Shown here: one piece after another, positions 35,040 to 48,295 of the stretch
How positions within the stretch are numbered: the first letter of the stretch is position 1
Layout: each line of letters starts with the position of its first letter
Source: Octopus vulgaris
Taxonomy: Eukaryota
Direction of reading: 5' to 3'
Assembly: GCA_951406725.2 (NCBI GenBank)
Contig: OX597814.1
Span: forward strand, 159,774,001 to 159,838,000
Length of the DNA: 64,000 nt
The notes under the pieces: generated by a model
Databases searched by the model: none
What the model was told of the DNA's origin: nothing
Seen by the model: only the letters and a program-made list of their open reading frames with translations
Translations under genes and position numbers: made by a program

Positions 35040-35340
35040 CTATCCTAGGTAGAAGCCCGTTGTATGTATGTATGTATGTATGAATGTATGTATGTATGTA
35101 TGTATGTATGTATGTATGTATGTATGTATGTATATTTACTTGTGTGTATTTTTGCTTGTCTGTCGCCATCGTTTGACAACCATTGTTGGTTTGTTTACGT
35201 TCCCGTAACTTAATGGTTCTGCAAAAGGTATAGAATAAGTACCAGACTTAAAAATAAGTACTGGAGTCCATTTCTTCGACCTTTTAAGGCAGTGCTCCAA
35301 CATGGCCACAGTGCAATGACTGAAACAAGTAAAAGATGAA
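35040..35340 (+). mobile_element. 3' part of a CORE-like SINE with internal (GTAT)n
   Basis: gaagcccgt-[microsatellite]-...tgacaacc...ggccacagt..aatgactgaaacaagtaaaaga; homologous to 60010-60469. Confidence 0.7.
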
Positions 35341-36811
35341 AAATATAGATATCATCAGTTGCAGTTTCAGGAGTTGCAGTTTCAAATGTGCCTTCATGCA
35401 ATGTGTCTGAGAGTGAATATAGGTTTTCTGCGAAAACTTCTTTGAGTAGTTGTACTGAATCCGTCACCGATGGGCATCGAGATAAACGACTTCTTGATAG
35501 TTACTAGTCGGTCATATTTCTTTTCTGATTCTATTTCGTGGTTAACAGAATACTAGACATTCGTTTCCATGCAACGTTAATAAGAAGGTAATATCTCTCT
35601 CAAAATTACTTGAGTTACCTTGAGACGAAATTTCACGTCGAACGTTACACGAAAATACTTTTTATCGCGGATTGCTTGTAAGAAAAGAAATGTGCTATCA
35701 TATGGCTTATTGAGCTGTGTTTGAATAGCTGAAAGTGGAAATATAAACCACAGAAACTAGAAATATGTTCATAGAAATACGCTATAAACTAGAAATATGT
35801 CTTCCAAAGTTTTCTTCACACAAGTAAAAAGTCTTCCAAAGTTTTCTTCACACAAGTAAAAATCTAAGAAATAGTTTTGTTTTCAGGGAAATTATAAGTG
35901 TATCAGTGGAAGTAACCAGTTTTGAATAGATGAATTAAGTTCAAATTGTAATATTGTTGTAACATTTCTTGGGTGAAAAAGTATAAAACTGTTGTAGTAT
36001 TTCGTAGGTTAGTAAGACTTGAAACCTTTGTAATACTTCACGGTTGAATGAAGGTGAAACTATAGTAACGCTTCATGTGAATGAAGACCTAAGTGTCAAA
36101 ATGTTTATAGATGAATTAGGGTAAACTCTCGTAATACTTCATAGGCGAATAGGGGTCGAAGTGTTGAATAAGTGAATATGGTTAAATTGTGGTAACATTT
36201 CATAGATAATGGTTTCAAATTTTAGCATAGGGCCAGCAGTTTTTGAGGCAAAGGTGAGTCGATTATATCAACCTCAACGCTTAACTGGTACTTATTTTAT
36301 CAACCCCGAAAGCAAATAATACTTTACACACAAAATAGTAATGACGTCAGTGCATCCTCACCCATAGAGAAATCTCCTGCACTTCCTCTAAGTAAACGAA
36401 CGGAACGTTGAACATTAATATAGATAGTAACGGTAGAAAATTTCTTACTAAAACAATTAGAAATCTATTAAGGATTTTATGCTCAACTTTATGAATTACC
36501 CTCCCACCATATTCTCAACTTATCTAAAGCCAAACTAGGAAGAATCAGGAAAACACATTAGATAACTTCAACCACAATAACCAGAAAAGCTTTGGATTAG
36601 CACCTTGAAATAATAATTCCACAGTTATCAGTTGATTAGTGATGGCATGTGGCTTAATGTTTAGAGTGTTGGACTCATGATCGTAAGATTATGGTTTCGT
36701 TTCCTCAGCTGGCTGATGCGTTGTGTTCTTGAGCAAAACATTTCATTTCACGTTGTTCCAGTCCACTCAGCTGGCAAAAATGAGTGGCCTTCCGTACAGG
36801 AGGTGAACATA

Positions 36812-36965
36812 CAGTTGTGGCCAAAAGTTTGGAACATTTTTTTAAAAATCAAAATTGTTACGCTCAAGTACAATTCAATTCAAATATATACAACGTCAAT
36901 ATTTGAGCACTTAATATAAAAATTCTAATTTCCAGACCTATGTTCCAAACTTTTGGGCACGAGTG
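36812..36965. mobile_element. Tc1-type MITE inserted in a tRNA-SINE (36642-37010)
   Basis: TIRs cagttgtggccaaaagtttggaaca / tgttccaaacttttgggcacgagtg, preceded by TA. Confidence 0.8.
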
Positions 36966-37274
36966 TGTACTCCTCGGAAAGCGGGAAACCGACCCTATGA
37001 GTCTGTGTGATTTATACACATGTGAGAAAAACAAGAATTCACAATCATCCAGTTTTATATAATTACCTAATACTTAAAAGGATTTTCTCTAGATATCACA
37101 CAATTCCTCTCTCCCAGCTGACAACGATATACAAACAAAAATGTACTCCAGGAAACTGGTATTTTTCTCTAACGACAGTATAAGGATTTTAAAAAAAACA
37201 GCACAGTACCATTTGATGTTAGTGTGAGAGACAAAGATTTAGCAGAAATTTCAAATTTCACTGGATTTTTTGTT

Positions 37275-37697
37275 ATCTTTTACTGGTTTCAGTCATTGAA
37301 CTGCAGACATGCTGAGGCATTGTCTTGAAAGGTTTACCTGAATAAATCGATACCTGTAATTATCTTTTAAGTCTGGTACTTATTCGATCGGTGTCGTTGG
37401 TCGAACTGCTAAGTTACGAGAACATAAATCAACAGCGATTGTCAAGCGATTGTGATGGGACAAACATATACACAAACACACAGACACACACCTATATAAA
37501 CGTATATATATATATATATTTGTGTGTGTGTGTGTGTAACGGGCTTCCGCATAGATTCCGTCAAGCAATACATTCACGTGGGATTGGCCGACCGGTACTA
37601 TAGCTCAGGACATTTGTCGAAGGTGCCACGCAACAGGATCGAACCTGAATCTGTGTGGCTGCAAAGCGAGTTTTTCAATCACACGCCCATGCCTGCA
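37275..37697 (-). mobile_element. CORE-like SINE with internal microsatellite
   Basis: Homologous to 60010-60469. Confidence 0.75.
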
Positions 37698-38150
37698 CCT
37701 ACATCTTGAACTTAAAGCACAAAAAATTCCACACAATTATCAGAGAAAATTATGGAGATGGTGGACTATTAATTACCAAAAATATAACAAACCAGGAGAG
37801 AATATGACAAAACTGAAATTATATGAACGTACAATTACAATAAGTTGTAACTGCAAACTAGTTTGTTTCTTAGACGCAACATTCAACTTTATCGATGAAA
37901 AGTACCAACCTTATATGTAACAAAACGATTTAAAATTATGTATATAGATAGTAATTTTAAACAATTACTGTGTGTTCTTAAAAATTTACCCATCAATTTG
38001 AATAAACCAATAACAATAATCTTTTACGAGGAAACAACTGTATGTGCGTGTATGGATAGATAGACATACATATATACATGCATACATGCATACATGCATG
38101 CATACGTACATACATACACATACCGACAGACAAGCAGGCAGGCAGACAGG

Positions 38151-38255
<105 letters not shown>

Positions 38256-39935
38256 TGATTGATTGATTGATTGATTGATTAATTGATTGATTGATTGATT
38301 GATTGATAAATGTGATAATGCACTGGCATTTAGTGATTTCAAAGAAACCATTATATCACATAAGCATACACATCACAGCTGAAGAAAATGCAAGAGAAAG
38401 AAAACATGGTTTACCGCTTAATTTTCAATAAATCTACGCACTGCAATAGACAAAACCTTTCTCCACCATATTAAAATTCACTTTCCCTCTAGACATAAGT
38501 ACAGGAAAATACTTTTACAAATTTATTTAAAATAAGCAACTCAACATCGACAACCTTCCCTTGCTCACTAGCATCGATAAATAATAAATGAAAGGAAATA
38601 ATATGAAATACCAGAACCTAACCAACAACAAAACACGAGAATACTTCCACTCCCAGAGCATGTACCTAGTCAACAATAACTGGGGAAATCTGTTGTCTAC
38701 ACAACTAACGTCACATTTTTGTATTAAGCGAAAGGCATTGACAATACAAACTGACTACAAAGCAATTTAAGAACAGACGCTATCAACATTCTTACATATT
38801 TAGAATATTACAAAGAAGACTGAACAAAAAACATCAACGTGTATCTGGTTTTTAACCAATATCAATTTACTCATATTATTAAATATAAACTCGATAGAAC
38901 ACCACAAATCCTGAAACACGGATACAAAACATTGAATTAACACAAAGAATTGATTTCTTTTTTCCAGTCCTCACATAAACAGGAATTTTCTTAAATACCA
39001 TACAGCATACCAACAGCATAATCTGAAATCCAAACGGAATACGATATTTCTTTTCTTTTTCTTTTTTTTTCCCTTTCCTCCTCAATCAATATTTCCCATC
39101 CGAACTAGTAATAACACCAGAGATATTTTCCCCAGTACTGATATATCCTGCACTGCACCAAATAAAATGACGTTCAATCATTCAACATATAAAACTGTTT
39201 TTTTTTTCTTCTTCCAAAGAATTGTTCATTTTGTAAGTCCACAGAGGAAATAATTGAACAATATTTTCTTTTCTTTTTTTCTTTCTTCCTACCACAAGCA
39301 ATAATTCATTTCTGATCTAGTAATACCACTGGATTGACCCCAACCCCCTTTACAGTGATCTCTTACACCTTTTCCAATTAAATGTTCATACTTTCATTCA
39401 CATCTGACAGTTTCTTCTCCCAGCTACCTTCTTTTCAGAAACACACACACACACAAGCATTCGTCTTCTTTCTTTTTGACAAATCCACATATCAACTGCC
39501 ACAATACCATTTCTACAGAAATACAGGTCTTAGACATATAAAGACCGTTGCCGGTCAAAATGAATCATGCATCTGCTACATGTTTTTTTGAGAAAGATTT
39601 GTAATTGCCTATATAGGTAAGTCTCTTCTCTTCACGCTACTGATTTTACCTTAGAGAAAAATTACCGATATAGCCTGGCATCAGTATCATCACAGGTGTT
39701 GTTATCAGAACGCAAAGAGCTGGAACGGATACTGCTAGGCATTTTGCTTAAATCTCGAACAGTTCTGCGAACCCATCGCCCATAATTGATATTTTTTAAT
39801 CGAACCCAAAAAGATGAATGGTAAATCGATCTTGACGTCAATCCAACGAGTTAATAACCCTACTAAATCACAATAAACACAGATGCTCATACATATACGT
39901 CAGAACATGTACACACACAGACACAAACACACACG

Positions 39936-39966
<31 letters not shown>

Positions 39967-40829
39967 TTTAAATTTAATTTTGCGAAAAGATTATATAGAT
40001 TTATATAGATTTCCATTTATATAGATTTATATATATTTCGCTTATATAGATTTCCCTTGCAGTGGCCTCGCCTGTAATTATTTCAACATTGTTTACAAGT
40101 AGAAGAGCAACTTGTTCTGTCCTTAAACTGCTATCCAACTTCACACACACAACAAAATCTCTGAGTGTAATACTGGCAAAAGATCTGGACAGAGGTTCGG
40201 AAGTAGACCGAGCCGAAAGTTTGAGATCAGCACTCAATGTCTCACAGCTTTGCATTTGAGGACTTGGTCGAACCTGAGAGAATGTCAGACATAACACTAG
40301 CTTTCTGGCGATTTCAGGCAAATTCTGCCAGTCATCCCAAAGAGTACATCTACTAATGAGCTGAGTATGTGCTTTAAAGAATCCTTTATTGGGAGACGAG
40401 AGAAAAGAACTTTCATCTTCCTGCTAACATGACAGTTTCACTCAGAGATGTTCCAACATTTTTTCTTTACTTCATTTGGGAGCTATGGTCAATGACTGGT
40501 TGATACTGAGAGTGAAGAATTCAAAATTCAATAAAAAGGAAAATAAAAGGAAAACAGAAAACAGTAAAATACAGAACAGCCAACAAGCGCAAGCATTGCT
40601 CTGGGCGCAAGCATGGCCATGTGGCTCAGAAGTTCGCTTTGGAGCTACGTTGTTTCGAGTTCAGTCTCACTGCACGATACCTTGGGCAAGTGTTTTCTAT
40701 TATAGTCCTGGGCTGACCAATGCCTTGTGAGGGAATTTGGTTGATGGAAGCAGTGTGGAATTTTGTCGTCATTTCTCTCACTCTGTATCTCTCTCTCTCT
40801 CTGTCCCTCCCTATAGTCCAATAATGAAG

Positions 40830-43800
40830 GGGACTAGAAAAGGTAGCCTAAAGAAAGCCTGCCCTACACCGTCTTTCCAGTTTACCGCAGCTGGCAAACT
40901 TACCCATTTGCGGTCGATTCCAACTGAAAAAGAAACTCATCATTGGGACGTAGAACGTACGTATCCTTCTAGACCGTGACAATGTTTCAAGGCCCCAGAG
41001 AAGGAGAGCCTACTACATCGACATTACTGCCTTGAGTGAAACCAGACTGACCGAAGAAGGATCGGTGACCGAATCCAACGGATACACCTTTTTCTGAAAA
41101 GGAAAGGCATAGAGCGAAGACTGCATCCACAGGATTGGACTTGCCATCAGGACAAAACTCCTCAAACAGATCCCCGATCTCCCGACTGGTGTCAATGACA
41201 ATGAAAGGCTAATGAAGATTCGCCTCTCCATCAGCAACAGTCGGTTCATCACTATCATCAGTGCCTACGCTCCCACCATGATATCCACGGAGAAGAGTCT
41301 AGGAGCAGTTCTACACCGACTCTTCTACGCACCACGTCTGTCACTGACAAGCTCATCCTACTAGGTGGTTTCAATGCCAGAGTTGGCAGCGACAGCAACG
41401 AATGGAGGGGAGCGATCGGGAAGCCCTGTGTAGACAAAATGAATAGCAACGGACTTCTCCTGCTGAGCAAATGTGCAGAACATGAACTGCTCATCACAAA
41501 TACAGTCTTTAGGCAGGCTGATAAATACAAGAACACGTGGATGCACCCCCGATCCAAACATTGGCATCTCATAGATTACATCATCGCCCGTCAATGAGAC
41601 AGTAGTGACGTCCTGACCACCAGGGCAATGCGCGGCACAGACCACCGCCTTGTTCCAGCCAAGCTCAACATTCGCATAGTCCCCCACCACCACAAGCGCA
41701 CCAAGCTCATCAAGCAGGCCTTCATCACAGCAAGACTCCAGTCTACTCAATACGAGCGGAACTTCTAGAACAGCCCTGATGAAAGACCCAATACAGCAGG
41801 TCTGCTTACTGGTGGACCAGAGGAAAAATGGAACCAGTTCAAAGAAGCGGGCACTGAGACAGCCAAAGCAGTCATTGGCTCCAAGAGAAGATATCATTAA
41901 GACTAGTTTGAAGAAAACAATGAAGCCATAGAAGCCCTGCTGATTGAGAAGAGAGCTGCCTACATCAACTGGCAGAACTATCCCAGCTGTGTCTCACGAC
42001 GCGATAAGTTCAAGGAATGCAAGGCCAAAGTTCAGCGTGAACTCTGCACCATGCAAGATGCTTGGTAAGATAAGAAGGCTGACGAAGTGCAGTTCTACGC
42101 CGACACAAACAACTCCAAGCAGTTGTTTGACGCCATCAAAGCCATCTACGGGTCTTCAAGTAGAGGATTGGCATCCTTACTCTCTGCTGAAGGCTCTATC
42201 ATCATCAAAGACAAGAATGGTCTTAGCGCAAGGTGGCAGGAACACTTAAGCCAGCTCCTCAACTACCTTTCCATCGTCGACCAAACAGCCCTACAGCAGA
42301 TCGCCCAGAAGCCAATCCAGGAGGATCTGAACCACCCGCCTAACGAAGGAGCACAGACAGCCATCAACAGATGACCTGCGACAAAGCACCAGGAAGGGAT
42401 GAGATATCTACTGAGCTGTTCAAGTCGCTCGAACCTACAGCCTTTAACACCTACCATGACATCCTCTTGACCATCTGGGACCAGGAAGACATACTCAAAT
42501 ATCTGCGAGATGCCACCATAGTCGCTCTATATAAGAACAAAGGAGCCAAGGCATACTGTAGCAACTACAGAGGGATCTTCCTAGGCAAGATCCTCGCCTG
42601 CATCCTTCTTAACAAACTCATCGCCAACAACTCCCAGAGCAACCTGCCTGAGACCCAGTGTGGTTTCCGACCTGGTTGCAGCACCATAGACATGGTGTTT
42701 GCTGTGAGACAAGTGCAGGAGAAGTGCATTGAGCAGCAGATGGACCTGTACACTGTGTTCGTTGACCTAACCAAGGCGTTTGTCACAGTCAACTGGAAGA
42801 ACTTATTGATCATCCTCAGCAAGCTGGGTTGCCTACAAAAATTCACAACTCTAATCAAGTTCTTCTACAACATGAAGGGATAAGTCCTTTGTAACGGAGA
42901 CTACACGAACTCCTTCAACATCTTTAATGGAATCAGAGTTGTGTCCTTGCCCCAGTGCTCTCCAGCTTGTTCTTCACGCAGGTCCTCCTCCACGCTACGA
43001 AGAACCTTGACCTTGGCGTGTACATCATGTACCGAAGTGATGGCTCCGTATTCGACCTCCGCCGCCTGTCTGCCAAAACAAGGACCAGGGAAAAGCTCAT
43101 CCTCGATCATCGTCAACTGCTTCACCGAAGCACCCAGACTCTTTGACCTGACCATCAGCCTTGGAAAGACGGAGGTCCTGCTCCAGGCAGCCCCGAATTC
43201 AACAAAAACCTTAGCCAGCAATCACCATTGATGGATTTGAGCAGAACTGTGTCGAAAGCTTCAGGTACCTAGGCAGCACTATTTCTGCAGATGGTTCACT
43301 GGATAAAGAGATCACATCAAGGATCCAGAAAGCCAGCCAAGCATTCGGTAGACTCAGGGTTAAAATACTACTACAGAAAGGCATGCGGCTATCCACGAAA
43401 CTCAAGATATACAAAGCTGTAGTTCTCTACACGCTGCTGTATGGATGTGAGACGGCACATGAAGCTGTTGGAACAGTTCCATACAAGATAACTACGCACA
43501 ATCATGGGCATCTGCTGTCAGGACAAAGTATCCAATCAAGAAGTTCTAGGCAGTGCAGAGTCCACAAGCATCGAGGCACTTCTGCCCAAAGCTCAGTTAC
43601 GTTGGATTGGCCACGGCATCAGAATGAGCGACCACCGCATCTCCAGACACCTAATGTACGGTGAGCTGAAGGAAGGCACAAAGCAACAGGGAAGACCAAA
43701 GTTGAAGTATAAGGACACCCTAAAGGAAAACCTAAAGTGTTGTGACATCCAGCCTGGAAAATCTCGAGACCGCAGCCACAAACAGGGATTCCTGTAGGTC

Positions 43801-44025
43801 AATCACCAACACTGCTGCAGCTGCCTTTGAGAAGGATAGCCGGCTATGCCTCGCAGACACAAGAGACAGACATTACTGGGTCACATCCTCCTCAGTCCTT
43901 AACACAGATTATCAGTGTCCAACCTGCGGGCGCTGTGTGCTTCCGGCTGCGGAGCCACGAGCGTTCTCACTACTGACTGCTGAGACCACAGACTATGTCT
44001 TCATCGGAGATCGATGGACTACCAA
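40830..44025 (+). mobile_element. RTE-clade (BovB-like) LINE, near full length but inactivated
   Basis: APE motifs (ALSETR, IISAYAPT, LGGFNARVG, TWMHPRSKHWHLIDY), RT motifs (KAPG.DEI, CSNYRGI, ETQCGFRPGCSTIDM, FVDLTKAF, LLYGCET, QLRWIGH), a C-terminal CPTCGR, and a typical tcatcg..cgatggacta 3' end. Many stops and frameshifts. Confidence 0.93.
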
Positions 44026-44429
44026 GATTTGGGCAGGGGAATGGCAAACTCAAGAGTCCGGAAAATTTATACTAGCCTCTTACAGAATAATAGAAACCAT
44101 AAGTGTCTTTAAGAGCGTGCCGTCCTAGTCTCCAAAATGAAATTTCAGAATACAAACTACAATCATTCGGCATAAAACTTCAAAGCCAATATTTCCCAAA
44201 GTTTCCTGAAAAAAATTCAAGGGTTCCAAGGAATAAGATGTCATTTAATAGGTATTTGTTCTCTTTTTTTTTTTTTTGTGAGGGGAAGTGCTCATTTTCA
44301 AAATAGCAAGTAATTACAAGTTGTTTTTGTCATTTGTTCAAAAGAATTAATTTCTCTCACGAAAGCAAATGTTTCATTTAGAATTTGACGCCAAAATTTG
44401 TCCTCAAATACAGATGAATTTCGCAGCTT

Positions 44430-45290
44430 CATCGGCGAGGTACTCCGCGCGATGGCTGAACCTGATGTGGCCTAGGAACTGGAGCTAGCTCTTGTCGATT
44501 GGACTGCTAAAGGCCTTGCCGTCCCCCAGCAAAGAGATGTCCAGCGTAATTGGGTCAATATCAGATGCAAATCTGCCCTCGGGCGGAATGAGATATCCTT
44601 AGATCAGCGTCACCTCGCCTGCCACCGTTCCGCCTTGCAGCCCCAAATCAGCGTATGGCTCAATTCGGTACCCTTCTCGTCTACCGGTATCCTTTTTTAA
44701 TGATGACTGCCCTCGTATCGAAGTGACCCAGCGCTTCGTTCTCCGTGTGTGTGAGCTGCACAAATGACGTTGTGGATGGTAGTCGATGAATTCGGCCTGC
44801 ATCCATTATTCTGCATCTTTAACGTGGACTGGTTTCCTTGACACGCTGCTCTGAATAACATAATTAAAAGAGACCTCGACGCGACTGGCTTCCCATCTCA
44901 ACTGGAGCCAGTAAGTGTCGACCGCGGACCGTTAGTAGCCTGATGGAATAACCTCCTTTCTGTGCGCGCGACAGATCCCCGATCTAAGACGCGGCGTGCA
45001 GCGACACGTTCTACGGCTCTAACCTTGCTACATCGGACGCAAAGCTTAGTATCGCCGCCCGTAACGCAGAAGTGAGAAAAATAAATAAATATAGGAGGCT
45101 GACCAGCTGCTATCAGTTTCTACCGATCGCTATCGAAATCTCGAGTGTGTTTCGCACAGCCGATTTCCTCTGCAAAATCACGAGGTGGGGTGGATGCTGC
45201 AGCGAGCATTGCTGGCAATTCTCCGCGACAGCACCATCGCGGTCGTGTCCACAGCGCGCGGCTGAACACGCCATTTGTTCCGGGGGTGTA
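44430..45290 (+). mobile_element. C-terminal fragment of a CRE-clade-like (restriction-like endonuclease) non-LTR retrotransposon
   Basis: Decayed translation WLNSVP...VCELHK*RCG..VDEFGLHPLFC...HAALNNIIKR...LEP...PDGIT...CSDT...AEVRKINKY...FLPIAIE, i.e. a zinc knuckle followed by a PD-(D/E)xK nuclease layout. Confidence 0.75.
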
Positions 45291-45569
45291 CCCGACCCCA
45301 CAATCTTCTGCTGCTTAATCTCACTAGTTGCTTTTTTTTATGCTTGTTTCCTTGTAATTAAATTGTGTTTTAATTTTTATGTAGCTATCACGGATTTCAA
45401 GCCCTGAAACAAGATTTCAGAACCAAAATAAATTGAATGATTCTTCTACGCATATCAGCCTTCTTTCTATTTATTTATCTGCATAATTACATGTCAGTGC
45501 TCAACACCAATGAAAACTTTGTTTCCTCATAATGTTATACTGTTTTTAACTGCATATATTTTTGGCACA

Positions 45570-46625
45570 CCTACACAAGTGGGCCGAGGTAAAGGATATG
45601 GACCGCACCCCCTTTCGGTTATTTTTGGTGGGGTTTTCGGTAAATTTCTGTATTAACACCCGCACGATTTTCACTAAGAAAAAAAAAACTCGGATTTTTT
45701 GCGTAGAATCAAGTACCCTGACCTCCTAATATGAATTCCTGTGCCCTAATATGCTACAAAATTCTTTTTGGGGTCAGAAAAACGGGGTGAGGAGGTGGAA
45801 ACCGCGGAAATTTCACCCCACCCCACCTCATTGATCTTTTCCCCCGCACGAATAAAATGGGAGGTGCGGACCCCCTCACCCTTTTTTCCGAACCAAAATA
45901 AGGATTTGCAGCATATCAGGTCAAGGTACTTGATTCCGCGCCTAAAAAATCCTATTTTTTTTTCCTTAGAGAAAATCGGGCAAGTGAAAAGATCAATGGG
46001 GGTGGGGGTGGGGAAATTTTCGAGGCTTCCACCTCACCCCATCACGTTTTTCGGACCCCTAAAAGAGTTTTGTAGCATATTAGGAAGTCACAGGAATTCA
46101 TTCAACGAAAAAAAAAAAAAAAATTCCGAAACAAAATAAGGGATTTACAGCATATTAGGAGGTCAGGGTACTTGATTCCACGCAAAAAATCCGAAGTTTT
46201 TTTTGTTTTTTCTTTGTGAAAATCGTGAAGGTGTTAATACAGAAATTTACTGGATTTTCTATAAAAACCCACCTTTTCGACTGCGGAGATTCTGAATCTA
46301 CGAAAAAATCGGCATTTCAAAATTTCAATTTTTCAAAAAGAAAAAAAACAAAAAAAAACACCCCTCCCTTCCTACTAAAATAGCAGACGTAAAATGTATC
46401 TAAACAGAAAACTCGACATGCTAGAAACAGCAGCCAAACAACGAGTCACATTTTCAAAATTTTAATTTCCCCCACCCTCTTTTTTTTTTTTTCTTGGATC
46501 TTTTCATTTTGAAGGCCAGATTTTTCAGATTTTCAGATGAAAAGATCCTTTTTCTTTGCCAGAGGGGTAGAGAGGGGGAAAATTAAAATTTTGAAAACGT
46601 GTTTTGGGGATTTTCAAAATCTTCA
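45570..46625. mobile_element. Nested fold-back element(s), probably a non-autonomous DNA transposon
   Basis: 45640-45810 is inverted at ~46010-46250; a second hairpin lies at ~46450-46598. Confidence 0.6.
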
Positions 46626-46829
46626 ATTTTTCACTACGCTCCAACCGGAAAGCCCAACTAGCTAGAAACAACAGCCAGATAGTGTAGATTACGATTATAT
46701 TGGAATTCGTTATGACAATTTTCGTTGTTGGGTGTGTTGAGAAGTTTCGAAAAATTCACACGATTTGGCTTTGTTTCCTCATAACTTGCAGAAAATTGGG
46801 TATTATTAGGATTACATTGGAAATTAATA

Positions 46830-47339
46830 TCTATATAAAACTGTAGTTGTGTGAGTGTCTGTCCCCTTCGATTTAGATTCCTAACTACTCCCACATTTTG
46901 CGGTGCAGTTTAACCAAATTCGGGTATCTTATAGTCGTGATTCATATCGAGCCCGTCTGAGTATTAGCGCGCGTCTACGATGAGTCTACGATTTTAAAAA
47001 TAATTTAACATCATTTTTTATTCCATTTTAATGCATAATTTTTCGTGTGTCGATGGCGGCGGAGTTGGCGTCCATGGTCACACCTGCACCTGTTTGCTTC
47101 TCCCCCTTCTTCCCTCCCTCGTGAAGCTGTGGGGAAGGGAGTGTAAGGAAATCAACGTCGTAAAGCGTTGTCAAGGAGACCAGCGTTCTTTTAGAACAAC
47201 GACTTCATGGCTTGAAGACACCAAAAATAGAAATGGCTAAGAAAGCCCGAATTGGGATCTATAAGGGAAGTAACTCTCTAAAAATGCTTATATAGTTATT
47301 TCCCTTACAAACCCGAGCAACGCCGGGCGATACTGCTAG
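46830..47339 (+). mobile_element. Non-autonomous mini-Helitron
   Basis: A|TC start, hairpin cccgagcaacgccggg, CTAG|T end. The 3' ~80 bp are shared with 4366-4450. Confidence 0.8.
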
Positions 47340-48218
47340 TTGAATATAAAATTATAGGCGCGCACACATATACACTAACACACCAGAATTTCTTCAAACT
47401 TCCAAGTTTCATTTTGTAGATTTGACGGGTGTCACTATATATGTGTGCGACAACCAACTTTAAAAAAAAAAATTCATTAAATTCTAATATATTTGTAATC
47501 TACACCATCTGAAGCCTATGTGTAAAAAATTTCATTAAAAAAATTATCCATTTTTCTGAAAGTTATGAGGAAATAAATTCGGGGGTAGGGCACAATTGTG
47601 GAGGTATGACGTATTTTCACACACGCAAAGGAATCAGCCAAATTATTTTCCATTTTGAAAATGTTTCTAATTCGGGGTTTAAACTCCAGGATACTCGAAG
47701 ATTGGTAAGCGAGACGCTGTGATATGAACTCACGCCATTAAATTCATAAGCTGATATTTTATTCACGGTTAATCAGTAAGTTTTAAAATGCAATTATATA
47801 AACCTGTATTCTCTGATAATCCAACAAGTGCAAACTGAAACTTGGAAAGAAAGAACTTTTCTGTACCCAAGACGACCGTTAAGTTTACATCAAGTTTGTT
47901 TATATGTTTAAACAAGATCGTCGTTTTATCCCCGGAGTTGCATTTTACTGAAAGTAATCAAAATAAAATTCTGAACATAATATTCCTCTAAATATTTAAA
48001 TATTCCAAAATGAATATTTAAATTGTATATTTTTTGTTTAAGCGTTATGTGATTTAAATTATCTGTAATTCTATAATACGAAGCTATGACTTGAAATAAA
48101 CTATATCAAAGCGCCAGTTTACGAACTATAATGGCAAGTTGCGACAGGTTGTTGATAATGTTGCTATGACTAAAATAATCAACTGAAATTTGTGATTTGT
48201 CGATTATATTCTGTAAAT

Positions 48219-48295
48219 ATGCAATATTTGGATGTTTGCAGAAAGTGCGATGGGCGAATATGGCACAGAAAACCTTCACCATCAAATCAAGATGG
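48219..48295 (+). CDS. TBC1D31: TBC1 domain family member 31 (WDR67), coding exon 1: MQYLDVCRKCDGRIWHRKPSPSNQDG
   Basis: Matches the recalled vertebrate N-terminus MQSTDLGNKESGKIWHRKPSPATRDG. Donor GG|gtaatt (phase 2). Confidence 0.88.

Noticed and set aside
41013-41897. Minus-strand ORFs over the LINE
   Set aside because: Antisense shadows of the + strand RTE element.
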